From a bacterium (lineage in GTDB: Bacteria > Desulfobacterota > DSWW01): a stretch of 41,565 nt of DNA. A program made the position numbers and the translations under genes. Of the stretch, positions 8,016 through 16,966 are shown one piece after another. The stretch covers positions 1-41,565 of the forward strand of contig JBFLZG010000014.1 of NCBI GenBank assembly GCA_040756235.1, given 5' to 3'. The first letter of the stretch is position 1. Each line of letters starts with the position of its first letter. The notes under the pieces are model-generated. The model saw only the letters and a list, made by a program, of their open reading frames with translations, was not told the DNA's origin and did not search any database.

Positions 8016-8894
8016 ATGGAAAACCCAATGAGATACGCGTACTACCCGGGATGTTCGCTCAAAGGCACCGCGCTCGACTATCACGCCTCCACCATGGCCC
8101 TGGCAGGACGCCTGGGGATCGAGCTGGCCGAGATGGAAGACTGGGTCTGCTGCGGCGCTTCGCCCATCCACCAGAGAAACCCGGTCATGGCGGCCGGCGT
8201 GTCCAATCTCCTGCTCTCGCTCTCCTCGGGGATCAGCAATCAGATCGCGGTCCTGTGCGCGGCCTGCTACCACAACATGAAGAAGGCCGAGGAGGAGATG
8301 CGCCGCGACGGCGCCCACCGCAACGAGATCGAAAAGCTGACCGGGATCCGCTTCGATCCGGAGGTGCGGACCCGGCACTTCCTGGACATCCTGGACCGGG
8401 ACCTCGGCGCCGCGACCCTGAAGGAGAAGGTGGTGCGGCCCCTGGAAGGGCTCAGGGTCGCCTGCTACTACGGCTGCCTGCTGACGCGGCCGCCGATCGT
8501 CGCCTTCGACGACCCCGAGGTCCCGAGCGTGATGGAGCGCGTGCTCGCGGCGGCCGGCGCGGAAACGGTGTCCTGGACCCACCGGCAGGAGTGCTGCGGC
8601 GCGAGCCACGCGGTCCCGCTCACCGACTCGGTGCTCCGCCTGGTGAACGACATCCTCACTTCGGCGCGCGACGCCGGGGCGGAGATCCTGGCCTGCGCCT
8701 GTCCTCTGTGCCAGGCCAACCTGGACATGCGCCAGGCCGAGGTCACCCGCAAGTACGGCGTGGTGCACGACCTGCCGGCGGTCTACTTCACCCAGCTCCT
8801 CGGCATCGCCTGCGGGGCTTCGGGCCAGGAGACCATGATCGGCAAGGGGATCGTGAGCGCGGAGCCGCTTTTGCGCTTCAAGAACCTCCTTTAG
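8016..8894 (+). CDS. hdrB: Heterodisulfide reductase subunit B
   Basis: Two CCG domains: YYPGC...CCG...CAAC and YYGC...CCG...ACPLCQANL. Start could be 8028. Confidence 0.93.
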   Translation: MENPMRYAYYPGCSLKGTALDYHASTMALAGRLGIELAEMEDWVCCGASPIHQRNPVMAAGVSNLLLSLSSGISNQIAVLCAACYHNMKKAEEEMRRDGAHRNEIEKLTGIRFDPEVRTRHFLDILDRDLGAATLKEKVVRPLEGLRVACYYGCLLTRPPIVAFDDPEVPSVMERVLAAAGAETVSWTHRQECCGASHAVPLTDSVLRLVNDILTSARDAGAEILACACPLCQANLDMRQAEVTRKYGVVHDLPAVYFTQLLGIACGASGQETMIGKGIVSAEPLLRFKNLL

Positions 8895-8950
8895 AACCGA
8901 GTGCGTGCGGATCTGCCAGACCCAACCGAGACGAGAGAGAGAACAGGTAC

Positions 8951-11029
8951 ATGAGCAAGATCGGCGTCTTCATATGCCACTGCGGTGAGAACATCGCCCG
9001 GACCGTGGACAGCGAGCGGGTCGCCCGGGCCGCGGCCTCGATCCGCGGCGTCGCCTTTGCCACCGACTACAAGTACATGTGCTCGGACCCGGGCCAGGCC
9101 AAGATCAAGAAGGCCGTCGCGGAGTACGGCCTCACCGGCGTGATCGTGGCCGCCTGCTCGCCGCACATGCACGAGAAGACCTTCCGCAAGGCGGTCGAGG
9201 AAGCCGGGGTGAACCCGTTCCTGTGCGAGATGGCCAACATCCGCGAGCACTGCTCCTGGGTGCACGAGCGCGACGAGGCCACGACCCGCAAGGCGATCGA
9301 GCTGGTCCGGATCATGGTGGAGAAGGTCAAACGCAACATGGCCTTGAAGCCGGTCCGGGTGAAGGTGACCAAGCGCGCTCTCGTCATCGGCGGCGGGGTG
9401 GCCGGCATCCAGGCGGCCCTCGACATCGCCGACGGCGGCCACGAGGTCGTGCTCGTGGAGCGGGAGCCTTCGGTCGGCGGCCACATGGCGCAGCTCTCCG
9501 AGACCTTCCCGACCCTGGACTGCTCCCAGTGCATCCTCACGCCCAAGATGGTGGACGTGGGCAGCCACCCGCTGATCAAGCTCTACACGTACTCCGAAGT
9601 CGAGAAGATCGAAGGGTTCGTCGGCAACTTCCGGGTCACGATCAAGAAGAAGGCCCGCTCCGTGGACATCGACAAGTGCACCGGCTGCGGCGAGTGCCAG
9701 CTCAAGTGCCCCTCCAAGAAGATCCCTTCGGAGTTCGACCGGGGGCTCAAGAACCGGACGGCCATCTACATCCCGTTCCCTCAGGCCGTGCCCGCCCGGC
9801 CGGTGATCGACCGCGAGCACTGCATCTACTTCACCAAGGGCAAGTGCAAGGCCTGCGAAAAGGCCTGCCCGGCCAAGGCGATCGACTACGAACAGACCGA
9901 CGAGTTCGTGGAAGAGCCGGTGGGCGCCGTGGTGGTCGCGACCGGCTACGATCTGTACACCGTGGAGAAGCAGGGCCCTTACCCCGAGTATCTCGGGTAC
10001 GGCGAGTACGGCTACGGCAAGGACCCGGACATCCTGGACGGGCTCCAGTTCGAGCGCCTCGCCTCGGCCTCCGGGCCGACCGGAGGGAAGATCCTCAAGC
10101 CTTCGGACGGCAAGGAGCCGAAGTCGATCGTCTTCCTGAAGTGCATCGGCAGCCGCCACCCGTCCAAGGGCATCCAGTTCTGCTCCAAGACCTGCTGCAT
10201 GTACACGGCCAAGCACACGATGCTTTACAAGCACAAGGTGCACGACGGCCAGGCCTACGTGTTCTACATGGACATCCGCGCCCCGGGCAAGAGCTATGAC
10301 GAGTTCGTGCGCAGGGCGATCCAGGAAGAAGGGGCCATTTACCTGAGAGGCCGGGTCTCCCGGATCTACCGCTCCGGCGACCGGCTGATCGTCAAGGGCG
10401 CGGACACGCTTTCGGGTGCCGCCGTGGAGATCGAGGCCGACATGGTCGTGCTGGCCACGGCCATGATGCCCCAGCCGGGGATCGAGAAGCTGTTCCAGAA
10501 GCTCGGGATCAGCTACGACGAGTACAAGTGGGCGAGCGAAGCGCACCCCAAGCTCCGGCCGGTCGAGTGCGCCACTCCGGGAATTTTCCTGGCCGGCGCC
10601 TGCCAGGGGCCCAAGGACATTCCCGAGACCGTGGCCCAGGCTTCCGGCGCGGCTTCCAAGGCCCTCATCATGTTCTCCCGGGACGAGATGCTGCGGGAGC
10701 CGGTGGTGGCCAAGGTGAACGAGAACACCTGCGTGGCCTGCTGGTACTGCCTGGAGGTCTGCCCGTACAAGGCGATCACCAAGAAGGAAATCCGCGACCG
10801 CAAGGGCAACCTCATCAAGCGCGTGGCCGAGGTCAACCCCTCCATCTGCACCGGCTGCGGCACCTGCGCGGCCACTTGCTTCTCCAACTCGGTGGACCTG
10901 GACGGCTTCACGGACGAGCAGCTTTACTCCGAGATCAACTCCCTCATGGCCATCGGCCAGGATCTGTTCGCAGAGGGAAAGCCTTCGGAAGCTGGCCAAC
11001 CCGAGGTGGCGGCCGAGGCGGCGAGCTGA
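8951..11029 (+). CDS. hdrA: Heterodisulfide reductase subunit A (flavin-based electron bifurcation)
   Basis: KIGVFICHCG, ANIREHCSWVH, GGGVAG, TFPTLDCSQCIL, ferredoxin motifs and AGACQGPKDI. Confidence 0.95.
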   Translation: MSKIGVFICHCGENIARTVDSERVARAAASIRGVAFATDYKYMCSDPGQAKIKKAVAEYGLTGVIVAACSPHMHEKTFRKAVEEAGVNPFLCEMANIREHCSWVHERDEATTRKAIELVRIMVEKVKRNMALKPVRVKVTKRALVIGGGVAGIQAALDIADGGHEVVLVEREPSVGGHMAQLSETFPTLDCSQCILTPKMVDVGSHPLIKLYTYSEVEKIEGFVGNFRVTIKKKARSVDIDKCTGCGECQLKCPSKKIPSEFDRGLKNRTAIYIPFPQAVPARPVIDREHCIYFTKGKCKACEKACPAKAIDYEQTDEFVEEPVGAVVVATGYDLYTVEKQGPYPEYLGYGEYGYGKDPDILDGLQFERLASASGPTGGKILKPSDGKEPKSIVFLKCIGSRHPSKGIQFCSKTCCMYTAKHTMLYKHKVHDGQAYVFYMDIRAPGKSYDEFVRRAIQEEGAIYLRGRVSRIYRSGDRLIVKGADTLSGAAVEIEADMVVLATAMMPQPGIEKLFQKLGISYDEYKWASEAHPKLRPVECATPGIFLAGACQGPKDIPETVAQASGAASKALIMFSRDEMLREPVVAKVNENTCVACWYCLEVCPYKAITKKEIRDRKGNLIKRVAEVNPSICTGCGTCAATCFSNSVDLDGFTDEQLYSEINSLMAIGQDLFAEGKPSEAGQPEVAAEAAS

Positions 11030-11058
11030 TGCAAGCGCATTTGGTGGCGAGACAAATG

Positions 11059-11160
11059 GTCACCCCTCACCTTGATCCTCTCCCCTCGAAGGGGAAGGAA
11101 AGAGGCGACCGAGCCATACCCTCGCCCCCCTTAGGGGGAGAGGGCCAGGGTGAGGGGGCC
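11059..11160. repeat. Family C palindromic repeat between hdrA and flxD
   Basis: GTCACCCCTCACCTTGATCCTCTCCCCTC...CCCTCGCCCCC...GGGGGAGAGGGCCAGGGTGAGGGGG, near-identical to 17600-17702. Confidence 0.85.
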
Positions 11161-11259
11161 GCAGCCGGATACGGCATTTGTTCATGCGTTCGAATTACAA
11201 GAGAGAGGGCAGACCTCTTTCGATTCGTCTGAAATCTTCCTCACATGAGGACGCAAGAG

Positions 11260-11739
11260 ATGAGCATAGCAGAGGCAAGCGTTGCGAAAGGCGCCGAGCA
11301 GCAGGAGGGGGCCGCTCCCTGGGAACCCAGGATCGTGGCCTTCATCTGCAACTGGTGCACCTACACGGGCGCCGACCTTGCGGGCACGAGCCGCATGAAA
11401 TACCCGCCCAACGTGCGGGTGATCAAGATCCCCTGCACGGGCCGGTTCGATCCGCTCTTCATGCTGAAGGCCTTCGAGAAAGGGGCGGACGGGGTGCTCG
11501 TCTCCGGCTGCCATCCCGGCGACTGCCACTACACGGCGGGCAACTACAACGCGCGCCGGAAGTTCACCACGTTCCGCAAGCTGCTCGAGTTCTCCGGGAT
11601 CGACCTGGAGCGGGTCTGGTTCAGCTGGATCTCGGCGGCCGAAGGCGGCAAGTGGGTGGAGACGGTCAAGAGCTTCACGGAGAACATCCGCCAGAAGGGC
11701 CCCTTCCGCGAGTACAGGGAGATGATCGATGTCAGATAG
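11260..11739 (+). CDS. flxD: MvhD-like [2Fe-2S] subunit of the Flx-Hdr complex
   Basis: FICNWCTYTGADLAG, PCTGR, GCHPGDCHY and WISAAEG. Start could be 11245. Confidence 0.9.
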   Translation: MSIAEASVAKGAEQQEGAAPWEPRIVAFICNWCTYTGADLAGTSRMKYPPNVRVIKIPCTGRFDPLFMLKAFEKGADGVLVSGCHPGDCHYTAGNYNARRKFTTFRKLLEFSGIDLERVWFSWISAAEGGKWVETVKSFTENIRQKGPFREYREMIDVR

Positions 11740-12589
11740 GACGGCCGACCTTCGCGAAATCGCCAGGAAGTGGCTCGCCGACGGGACCGTGGAGGCGATC
11801 GTGGGCTGGGAGCAGGGCACCTACCGGGACAAGACCGCGCCGGTCCTGGTGCGCAAGGCCGAGGAAGCGGACCGGCTCCTGTTCAACGAGCGCTGCACGA
11901 ACAACCTGATGACCTATCTCAAGCGGGAGCCGGCCAAGGGCCTGAAGACCGTGGGCATCGTGGCCAAGGGATGCGATATCAAGGCCGCGATCGGCCTCAT
12001 CCAGGAGTCCCAGGTGCCGCGCGAGAAGATCAAGATTTTGGCGGTCACCTGCCCCGGGGTGAAGACCGCAAACGGGACCGTGCCGCTCAAGTGCCAGGCC
12101 TGCGACGTGAACACGCCCACCTTCTTCGACGAGATCGTGGGCGACAAGATCGCCTCCGGCCCGGACCGGTCGGCGCGCTTCAAGGAGCTGGAGAAGCTGG
12201 AAGCGATGAGCCCGGCCGAGCGCCACCGCTTCTGGCGTCAGGAGTTCGACAAGTGCATCCGCTGCTATGCCTGCCGGCAGGCCTGTCCGCTGTGCATCTG
12301 CAACCGCTGCATCGCCGAGAAGAACCAGCCCCAGTGGGTCGAGACCAGCCCGCACCCGCGCGGCAACTTCGCCTGGAACCTGATCCGGGCCTATCACCTG
12401 GCGGGGCGCTGCGTGGAATGCGAGGCCTGCGAGTCGGCGTGCCCGGTCAACATCCCGCTCATGCTGCTCAACCGCTACATGGCCAAGGTCGTGGAGCAGA
12501 GCTTCCAGTACGAGGCGGGCAAGAGCCCGGAGGTCCAGCCGCCGCTCAGGACCTTCCGCCTGGATGACGACAATTCCTTCATCCTGTAA
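11729..12589 (+). CDS. flxC: 4Fe-4S dicluster protein of the Flx complex
   Basis: CIRCYACRQACPLCIC and HLAGRCVECEACESACP. Overlaps flxD; gene order hdrCBA-flxDCBA. Confidence 0.82.
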   Translation: MSDRTADLREIARKWLADGTVEAIVGWEQGTYRDKTAPVLVRKAEEADRLLFNERCTNNLMTYLKREPAKGLKTVGIVAKGCDIKAAIGLIQESQVPREKIKILAVTCPGVKTANGTVPLKCQACDVNTPTFFDEIVGDKIASGPDRSARFKELEKLEAMSPAERHRFWRQEFDKCIRCYACRQACPLCICNRCIAEKNQPQWVETSPHPRGNFAWNLIRAYHLAGRCVECEACESACPVNIPLMLLNRYMAKVVEQSFQYEAGKSPEVQPPLRTFRLDDDNSFIL

Positions 12590-12602
12590 AGAGGGTGTCG
12601 CA

Positions 12603-13643
12603 ATGCCGTACATGAGAATCGACAGTGCCGACCTGCCCAAGCTGGCCGAGAAGCTCGCGGCCGCGGGCACGAGGCTCGTGCTCCCGGTGCGCGAGGGGAG
12701 CGAGATCTTCTACCGCGAGAGGGCGGACGCGGCCGGGCTGGACCTTGCCACGATCCCCAGGAACTCCGTGAAAGAATTCCTGTTTCCCAAGTGCGAGAAG
12801 ATCCTGCGCTACCAGTACAAAGGGGCGGAGGTCGCGGTCGAGGACGTGGAGCCGGCCGGCGGCCGCCGCACCGTCATCTTCGGCGCCCGGCCGTGCGATG
12901 CGGCCAGCCTGCCGATCGTGGAGCCGCTCTGGAACTGGGACTACAAGGACAAGTTCTTCAACGAGCGCAGGGCCGGAACGATCCTGGTCACGTACGCCTG
13001 TCGCACCGCCCCGAACGAGGCGTGCTTCTGCGTCTCGGTGGGGCTCACCCCCGCCGCGGAAGAGGGCTCGGACGTGCTCCTCTACGCGCTGGAAGGCGGC
13101 GCCGTGGCGGTCCGCTTCGTTTCGGATGCCGGGAAAGAGCTCGAGCCGGTCTTCGCCGGCTTGCGCAAGGGCGAGGTCGAGGACGCCGCGGTCGAGGCGT
13201 TCCGCAAGAGCGGGGTCGACTCGCTCGCGCACCGCAAGAAGCTCGACAAGGTGCGGCCGTGGCTCGAAACCCACTTCGAGGACAGGCTCTGGGAAGAGAA
13301 GGCGTTCCGCTGTCTGGGCTGCGGCACCTGCACCTTCGTCTGCCCCACCTGCCACTGCTTCGACATCCAGGACGAGAGCTGCTTCGATGCGGGCTACCGT
13401 CTGAAGAACTGGGACGCCTGCCAGTTCTCGCTCTTCACGCTGCACACCTCCGGGCACAACCCGCGCGACACCCAGCCCAAGCGCTACCGGCAGCGAATCT
13501 ACCACAAGTACGCCATCTACCCGGAGAAGTTCGGCAAGATCCTGTGCACCGGCTGCGGCCGCTGCGTGGCCTGGTGCCCGGTCAACCTTTCGCTCTACGA
13601 TGTGGTCGCCAGCGCGCAGGAACGAGCGGAAAAAGGAGATTGA
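12603..13643 (+). CDS. flxB: AsrA-like 4Fe-4S protein of the Flx complex
   Basis: KEFLFP, RPCD, CLGCGTCTFVCPTCHCF, HNPR and CTGCGRCVAWCP. Confidence 0.85.
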   Translation: MPYMRIDSADLPKLAEKLAAAGTRLVLPVREGSEIFYRERADAAGLDLATIPRNSVKEFLFPKCEKILRYQYKGAEVAVEDVEPAGGRRTVIFGARPCDAASLPIVEPLWNWDYKDKFFNERRAGTILVTYACRTAPNEACFCVSVGLTPAAEEGSDVLLYALEGGAVAVRFVSDAGKELEPVFAGLRKGEVEDAAVEAFRKSGVDSLAHRKKLDKVRPWLETHFEDRLWEEKAFRCLGCGTCTFVCPTCHCFDIQDESCFDAGYRLKNWDACQFSLFTLHTSGHNPRDTQPKRYRQRIYHKYAIYPEKFGKILCTGCGRCVAWCPVNLSLYDVVASAQERAEKGD

Positions 13644-13645
13644 AG

Positions 13646-14479
13646 GTGGAAAACATCTACAAGCCCTACCTGGCTCGTATCGAGGAGAAGCGAAAGGAGA
13701 CCTACGATACGACGAGCTTGAAGCTGGTCTTCGTGGAGGACGGGGTGCGAGAGAAGTTCACCTTCCGCGCCGGCAACTTCGGCGAGTACTCCGTGCTCGG
13801 CGAAGGGGAGTCCACCTTCTGCATCGCCAGCTCTCCCACGCGCAAGGACTACATCGAGTGCTGCTTCCGCGCGGTGGGCCGGCTGACCAAATCGCTGGCG
13901 GAAAAGGAAGTCGGCGACCTCATCGGCTTCCGCGGCCCGTACGGCAACTACTTCCCGATCGAGGACTTCTTCGGCAAGAACGTGGTCTTCGTCGCGGGCG
14001 GCATCGCCCTGCCGCCGGTGCGCTCGGTCATCTGGAACGTGCTCGACCTGAGGGACAAGTTCGGCCAGGTCACGATCGTCTACGGCGCGCGCTCCGTGGC
14101 CGACCTCGTCTACAAGCACGAGCTGAAAGAGTGGGAAGCGCGCGGCGACGTCGACATCGTCACCACCGTGGACCCGGGCGGCGAGACTCCGGACTGGAAG
14201 GGGAAGATCGGGTTCGTCCCCAACGTGCTGAAAGAAGTGGCTCCCAAGGCGGAGAACAGCGTGGCCGTGCTGTGCGGTCCGCCCATCATGATCAAGTTCA
14301 CCCTGCCGGTGTTGAAAGAGCTGGGCTTCAAAGAGGAAGACGTCTGGACCACCCTCGAGAACCGCATGAAGTGCGGCCTGGGCAAGTGCGGCCGCTGCAA
14401 CGTGGGCAAGGTCTACGTGTGCAAGGAAGGGCCGGTCTTCACCGCCGCCCAGATCGCCCAGATGCCCACGGATTTCTGA
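13646..14479 (+). CDS. flxA: FAD/NAD(P)-binding oxidoreductase (AsrB/PyrK-like) of the Flx complex
   Basis: RGPYGN, AGGIAL, YGAR, CGPPIM and MKCGLGKCGRC...CKEGPVF. GTG start after AAGGAG. Confidence 0.88.
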   Translation: MENIYKPYLARIEEKRKETYDTTSLKLVFVEDGVREKFTFRAGNFGEYSVLGEGESTFCIASSPTRKDYIECCFRAVGRLTKSLAEKEVGDLIGFRGPYGNYFPIEDFFGKNVVFVAGGIALPPVRSVIWNVLDLRDKFGQVTIVYGARSVADLVYKHELKEWEARGDVDIVTTVDPGGETPDWKGKIGFVPNVLKEVAPKAENSVAVLCGPPIMIKFTLPVLKELGFKEEDVWTTLENRMKCGLGKCGRCNVGKVYVCKEGPVFTAAQIAQMPTDF

Positions 14480-14486
14480 GCAGGCA

Positions 14487-14537
14487 TCCCCCCCTCTTCT
14501 TCCTCTCCCTTGAGGGAGAGGACTGAGGTGAGGGTGA
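14487..14537. repeat. Family C repeat half-unit downstream of flxA
   Basis: CCTCTCCCTTGAGGGAGAGGACTGAGGTGAGGG hairpin. Confidence 0.6.
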
Positions 14538-14717
14538 TCCGTGCCCGGGGCTGCGAAAGCGCTGCTCGCGGGCGAATACCAGGCATTCCTGTGACTTGCG
14601 GCCGTGGCTCCGTCCTGTGACTGGCGAACCCTGACCGTACTTCCGGGTGCGCTGCCTTCCCCCCATGAGCGGTATGTGCTCAAGCCCGGTCGCCGAGCCC
14701 TCGTCCTGCGATAGCGT

Positions 14718-14745
14718 TTGACTGCTCCCCAGGGCTTCCTATACT
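14718..14745 (+). promoter_or_regulatory. Putative sigma70 promoter of the MNT-HEPN pair
   Basis: TTGACT-N16-TATACT, about 30 nt before ATG 14776. Confidence 0.55.
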
Positions 14746-14775
14746 TTCTAAGTGTAATAGTGGTGGATCCATGCC

Positions 14776-15066
14776 ATGCAGTTCGACACGGCCAAGATAG
14801 GCGAGTTCTGCCGGCGCTGGAGAATCATCGAGCTCTCCCTGTTTGGTTCCGCCCTCCGCACCGATTTCCGGGCTGAGAGCGACATCGACATCCTTGTGAG
14901 CTTCGAGCCGGATGTCCCCTGGAGCTTGCTCGACTGGGTGGAAATGAAAGATGAACTGGAGGCCATGTTCGGGCGGGAGGTAGACCTCGTGGAGAAGTCC
15001 GGCCTGAGGAACCCTTTCCGCCGCGATGGGATCCTGAATAACCGGCAGATCCTCTATGCAATCTGA
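14776..15066 (+). CDS. Minimal nucleotidyltransferase (MntA-type) antitoxin
   Basis: FGSALRTDFRAESDIDILV (GSx10DxD) and GREVDLV; 96 aa. Confidence 0.9.
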   Translation: MQFDTAKIGEFCRRWRIIELSLFGSALRTDFRAESDIDILVSFEPDVPWSLLDWVEMKDELEAMFGREVDLVEKSGLRNPFRRDGILNNRQILYAI

Positions 15067-15415
15067 CAGAGCCAACCTTGCTTACCTTTGGGACATGCTG
15101 GATGCAGCGAAGGCAATCCAGGAGTTCGTTGGCGGGCGTACCTTTGAGGAGTACCGGAGAGACCGGATGCTTCGCGGGGCGGTAGAGCGCCACCTGGAGA
15201 TCATAGGGGAGGCAGCCAACCGGGTCTCCGCGGAATTCAGGGAAGCCCACCCAGAGATTCCGTGGCGCAGCATCATCGGCCAGCGTAACGTCCTTATTCA
15301 TGCATACGGGGAAATTCGACAGGAACTGATCTGGAAGACTGCTACGGTTCACGTCCCGGAGCTTATCGCCCACCTCGAGCCTCTCGTCCCGCCAGCGCCG
15401 GAGGCGAAAGAGTAA
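15056..15415 (+). CDS. HepT-like / DUF86 HEPN RNase toxin
   Basis: AVERHLEIIGEA, HPEIPW and RNVLIHAY (Rx4HxY). Overlaps the MNT gene. Confidence 0.9.
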   Translation: MQSDRANLAYLWDMLDAAKAIQEFVGGRTFEEYRRDRMLRGAVERHLEIIGEAANRVSAEFREAHPEIPWRSIIGQRNVLIHAYGEIRQELIWKTATVHVPELIAHLEPLVPPAPEAKE

Positions 15416-15528
15416 GATCGCCCATCCAGAATCGAGCCCATGCCCCCCCTCAGCGGAAGGACGCGGATCCGGGCGGATGGAGTACTGCCCCGAGGAAACC
15501 TCGGTTCAGTATCGCCCAGGCGGCCTCG

Positions 15529-15606
15529 CGAGGCCTTCAGCAGCGACGCCTCGACCTCCTTGGGAAGCTCCGGCGGCAGAAACGAGTCTGCCGGATACAG
15601 GTAGTC
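15529..15606 (-). pseudogene. C-terminal remnant of a small hypothetical protein (DYLYP motif)
   Basis: DYLYPADSFLPPELPKEVEASLLKAS resembles the end of a small conserved hypothetical I recall. No matching N-terminus, in-frame TGA upstream, and the next codon CGA could be a mutated stop. Confidence 0.4.
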
Positions 15607-15725
15607 CTTCAAGCTCCCGCATGAGACGCTTCATCCGCTGTGATTGACTTCCCCTGCTGCGCGGGAATAAATGGGAGTGGCTGTGGAGGTCATGCGTACC
15701 GGCACTGCCGGAAAGGGGCTGAGCC

Positions 15726-16124
15726 ATGGCGAAGCGACTCAAGAAGAAGGCCCGTAAGGCCCCCAGACGCATGTCCCGCGTAAAGAATCACTTCGGCATG
15801 GCCTGGTATTCTGCCGAGCAGTGGCCTCTGTTGCGCGACGTGTCCGTGGACCGGGACGTGCTCGAGGAGACCCATTCCGAATGGCTGGCCTTTGCTGAAG
15901 AACTATTTGCCGCTTTGACCGAGAAAGGGATTTCGGCGGTGAAGGTCCCCGTGGATGTGAATGAACTGGTCGCCTGGTGCCGGGATCGAGGCTTACGGGT
16001 GGACGGCGCTGCCCGTGCTGATTTTGCAGCGGACTGCTTGCGGAAGGCTGAGCGGAAACGGAAGCAAGCGGAATCCGATCCCGCCACCGGCGAGGCCGAT
16101 TCTTCAGGTCGGCAGGGCTCGTGA
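15726..16124 (+). CDS. Conserved hypothetical protein
   Basis: Protein-like core AWYSAEQW...HSEWL...VPVDVNELVAWC...AARADF. GAAAGGGG RBS. Confidence 0.65.
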   Translation: MAKRLKKKARKAPRRMSRVKNHFGMAWYSAEQWPLLRDVSVDRDVLEETHSEWLAFAEELFAALTEKGISAVKVPVDVNELVAWCRDRGLRVDGAARADFAADCLRKAERKRKQAESDPATGEADSSGRQGS

Positions 16125-16255
16125 GGCTCTTTCGGGCAGCCCAAGGGAGCGGGTTATTCGTCCGCCATTCCTGTGCTGGCTCGGCTCGGGCCAGCGGTGT
16201 CCCCGCTGCAGGCGTCCGGCGGCGGACTTCCCGGCCAGGCATGCCGGCACCGGGT

Positions 16256-16921
16256 TCAGCTGCAGCCGCCTGTGATCCGCTTCGGGGCGCCGCCTGCTTT
16301 CGGCTTCGGGCCGCCGGACTTGAGCAGCGTGGGCTCGTAATCGAGGCCGGCGAGTGTGGAAAGTGCCGACAGCGCCCTTTCCTTCGGGACTGCGCCCGCC
16401 GCTCCGCTGAAGTAGCCCCGGACGCTCTCCAGCGCTTCGTCATAGCCGAAGGGAGGCGCGGCTTCGCTGAACAGGGGCACGGGCAGCACGAAGTGGAGGT
16501 ACCAGGGGCGAATGCCGTCTTTCAGATAGTAGAAGGACTTGCCCTCCATCCCGGAGAGGTCCCCCTGCAGTTTTCGGAGAGCCTCTTCGTCCCGGTCCGC
16601 AATGAGGACCACTTGATCGAGGCCGGCGGCCGCGGCAGCAATTCCCTTCATGTCTCCGTTCGGCACGTTCCGCGAACCCGGAACGTGAAACCGATCGAAC
16701 GCCTCGCGGCTGCGCAGATCGACCACTCCGGCCTTCCCCCCCTGCGCTGCCAGGAGCGAGGCTGTCTTCCAGACATCCAGGCCCCGCTCGTCGGGCCGTA
16801 CCGCAAGGTTCACGGGGGCTTCGCCCACGGCCGAGTGTCCGGCGAGGAGCGCCAGGATCATGTACAGGCTAGCTGCCGCGAACAGGAGCAGTGCCGCCAT
16901 GCGGGTGTTCAGACGGTTCAT
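16256..16921 (-). CDS. Exported or membrane-anchored rhodanese-like protein with C-terminal GGCS
   Basis: Hydrophobic N-terminus, VVDLRS...FHVPGS, YLKDGIRPW. The only Cys is penultimate. GGAG RBS. Confidence 0.75.
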   Translation of the reverse strand: MNRLNTRMAALLLFAAASLYMILALLAGHSAVGEAPVNLAVRPDERGLDVWKTASLLAAQGGKAGVVDLRSREAFDRFHVPGSRNVPNGDMKGIAAAAAGLDQVVLIADRDEEALRKLQGDLSGMEGKSFYYLKDGIRPWYLHFVLPVPLFSEAAPPFGYDEALESVRGYFSGAAGAVPKERALSALSTLAGLDYEPTLLKSGGPKPKAGGAPKRITGGCS

Positions 16922-16966
16922 TTCTCTTCTCCAGGGGGTCAAGAGACCCCTCCTTAGCGCGGTTCT

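Noticed and set aside
8051..8950. 300-aa N-terminal extension of HdrA in the ORF track (also the 12791 start for flxA)
   Set aside because: It is an alternate frame of hdrB (or flxB). Canonical starts are 8951 and 13646.
15600..15693. In-frame TGA upstream of the DYLYP remnant as selenocysteine; likewise the TGA after GGCS at 16256
   Set aside because: There is no recognisable selenoprotein context or convincing SECIS.
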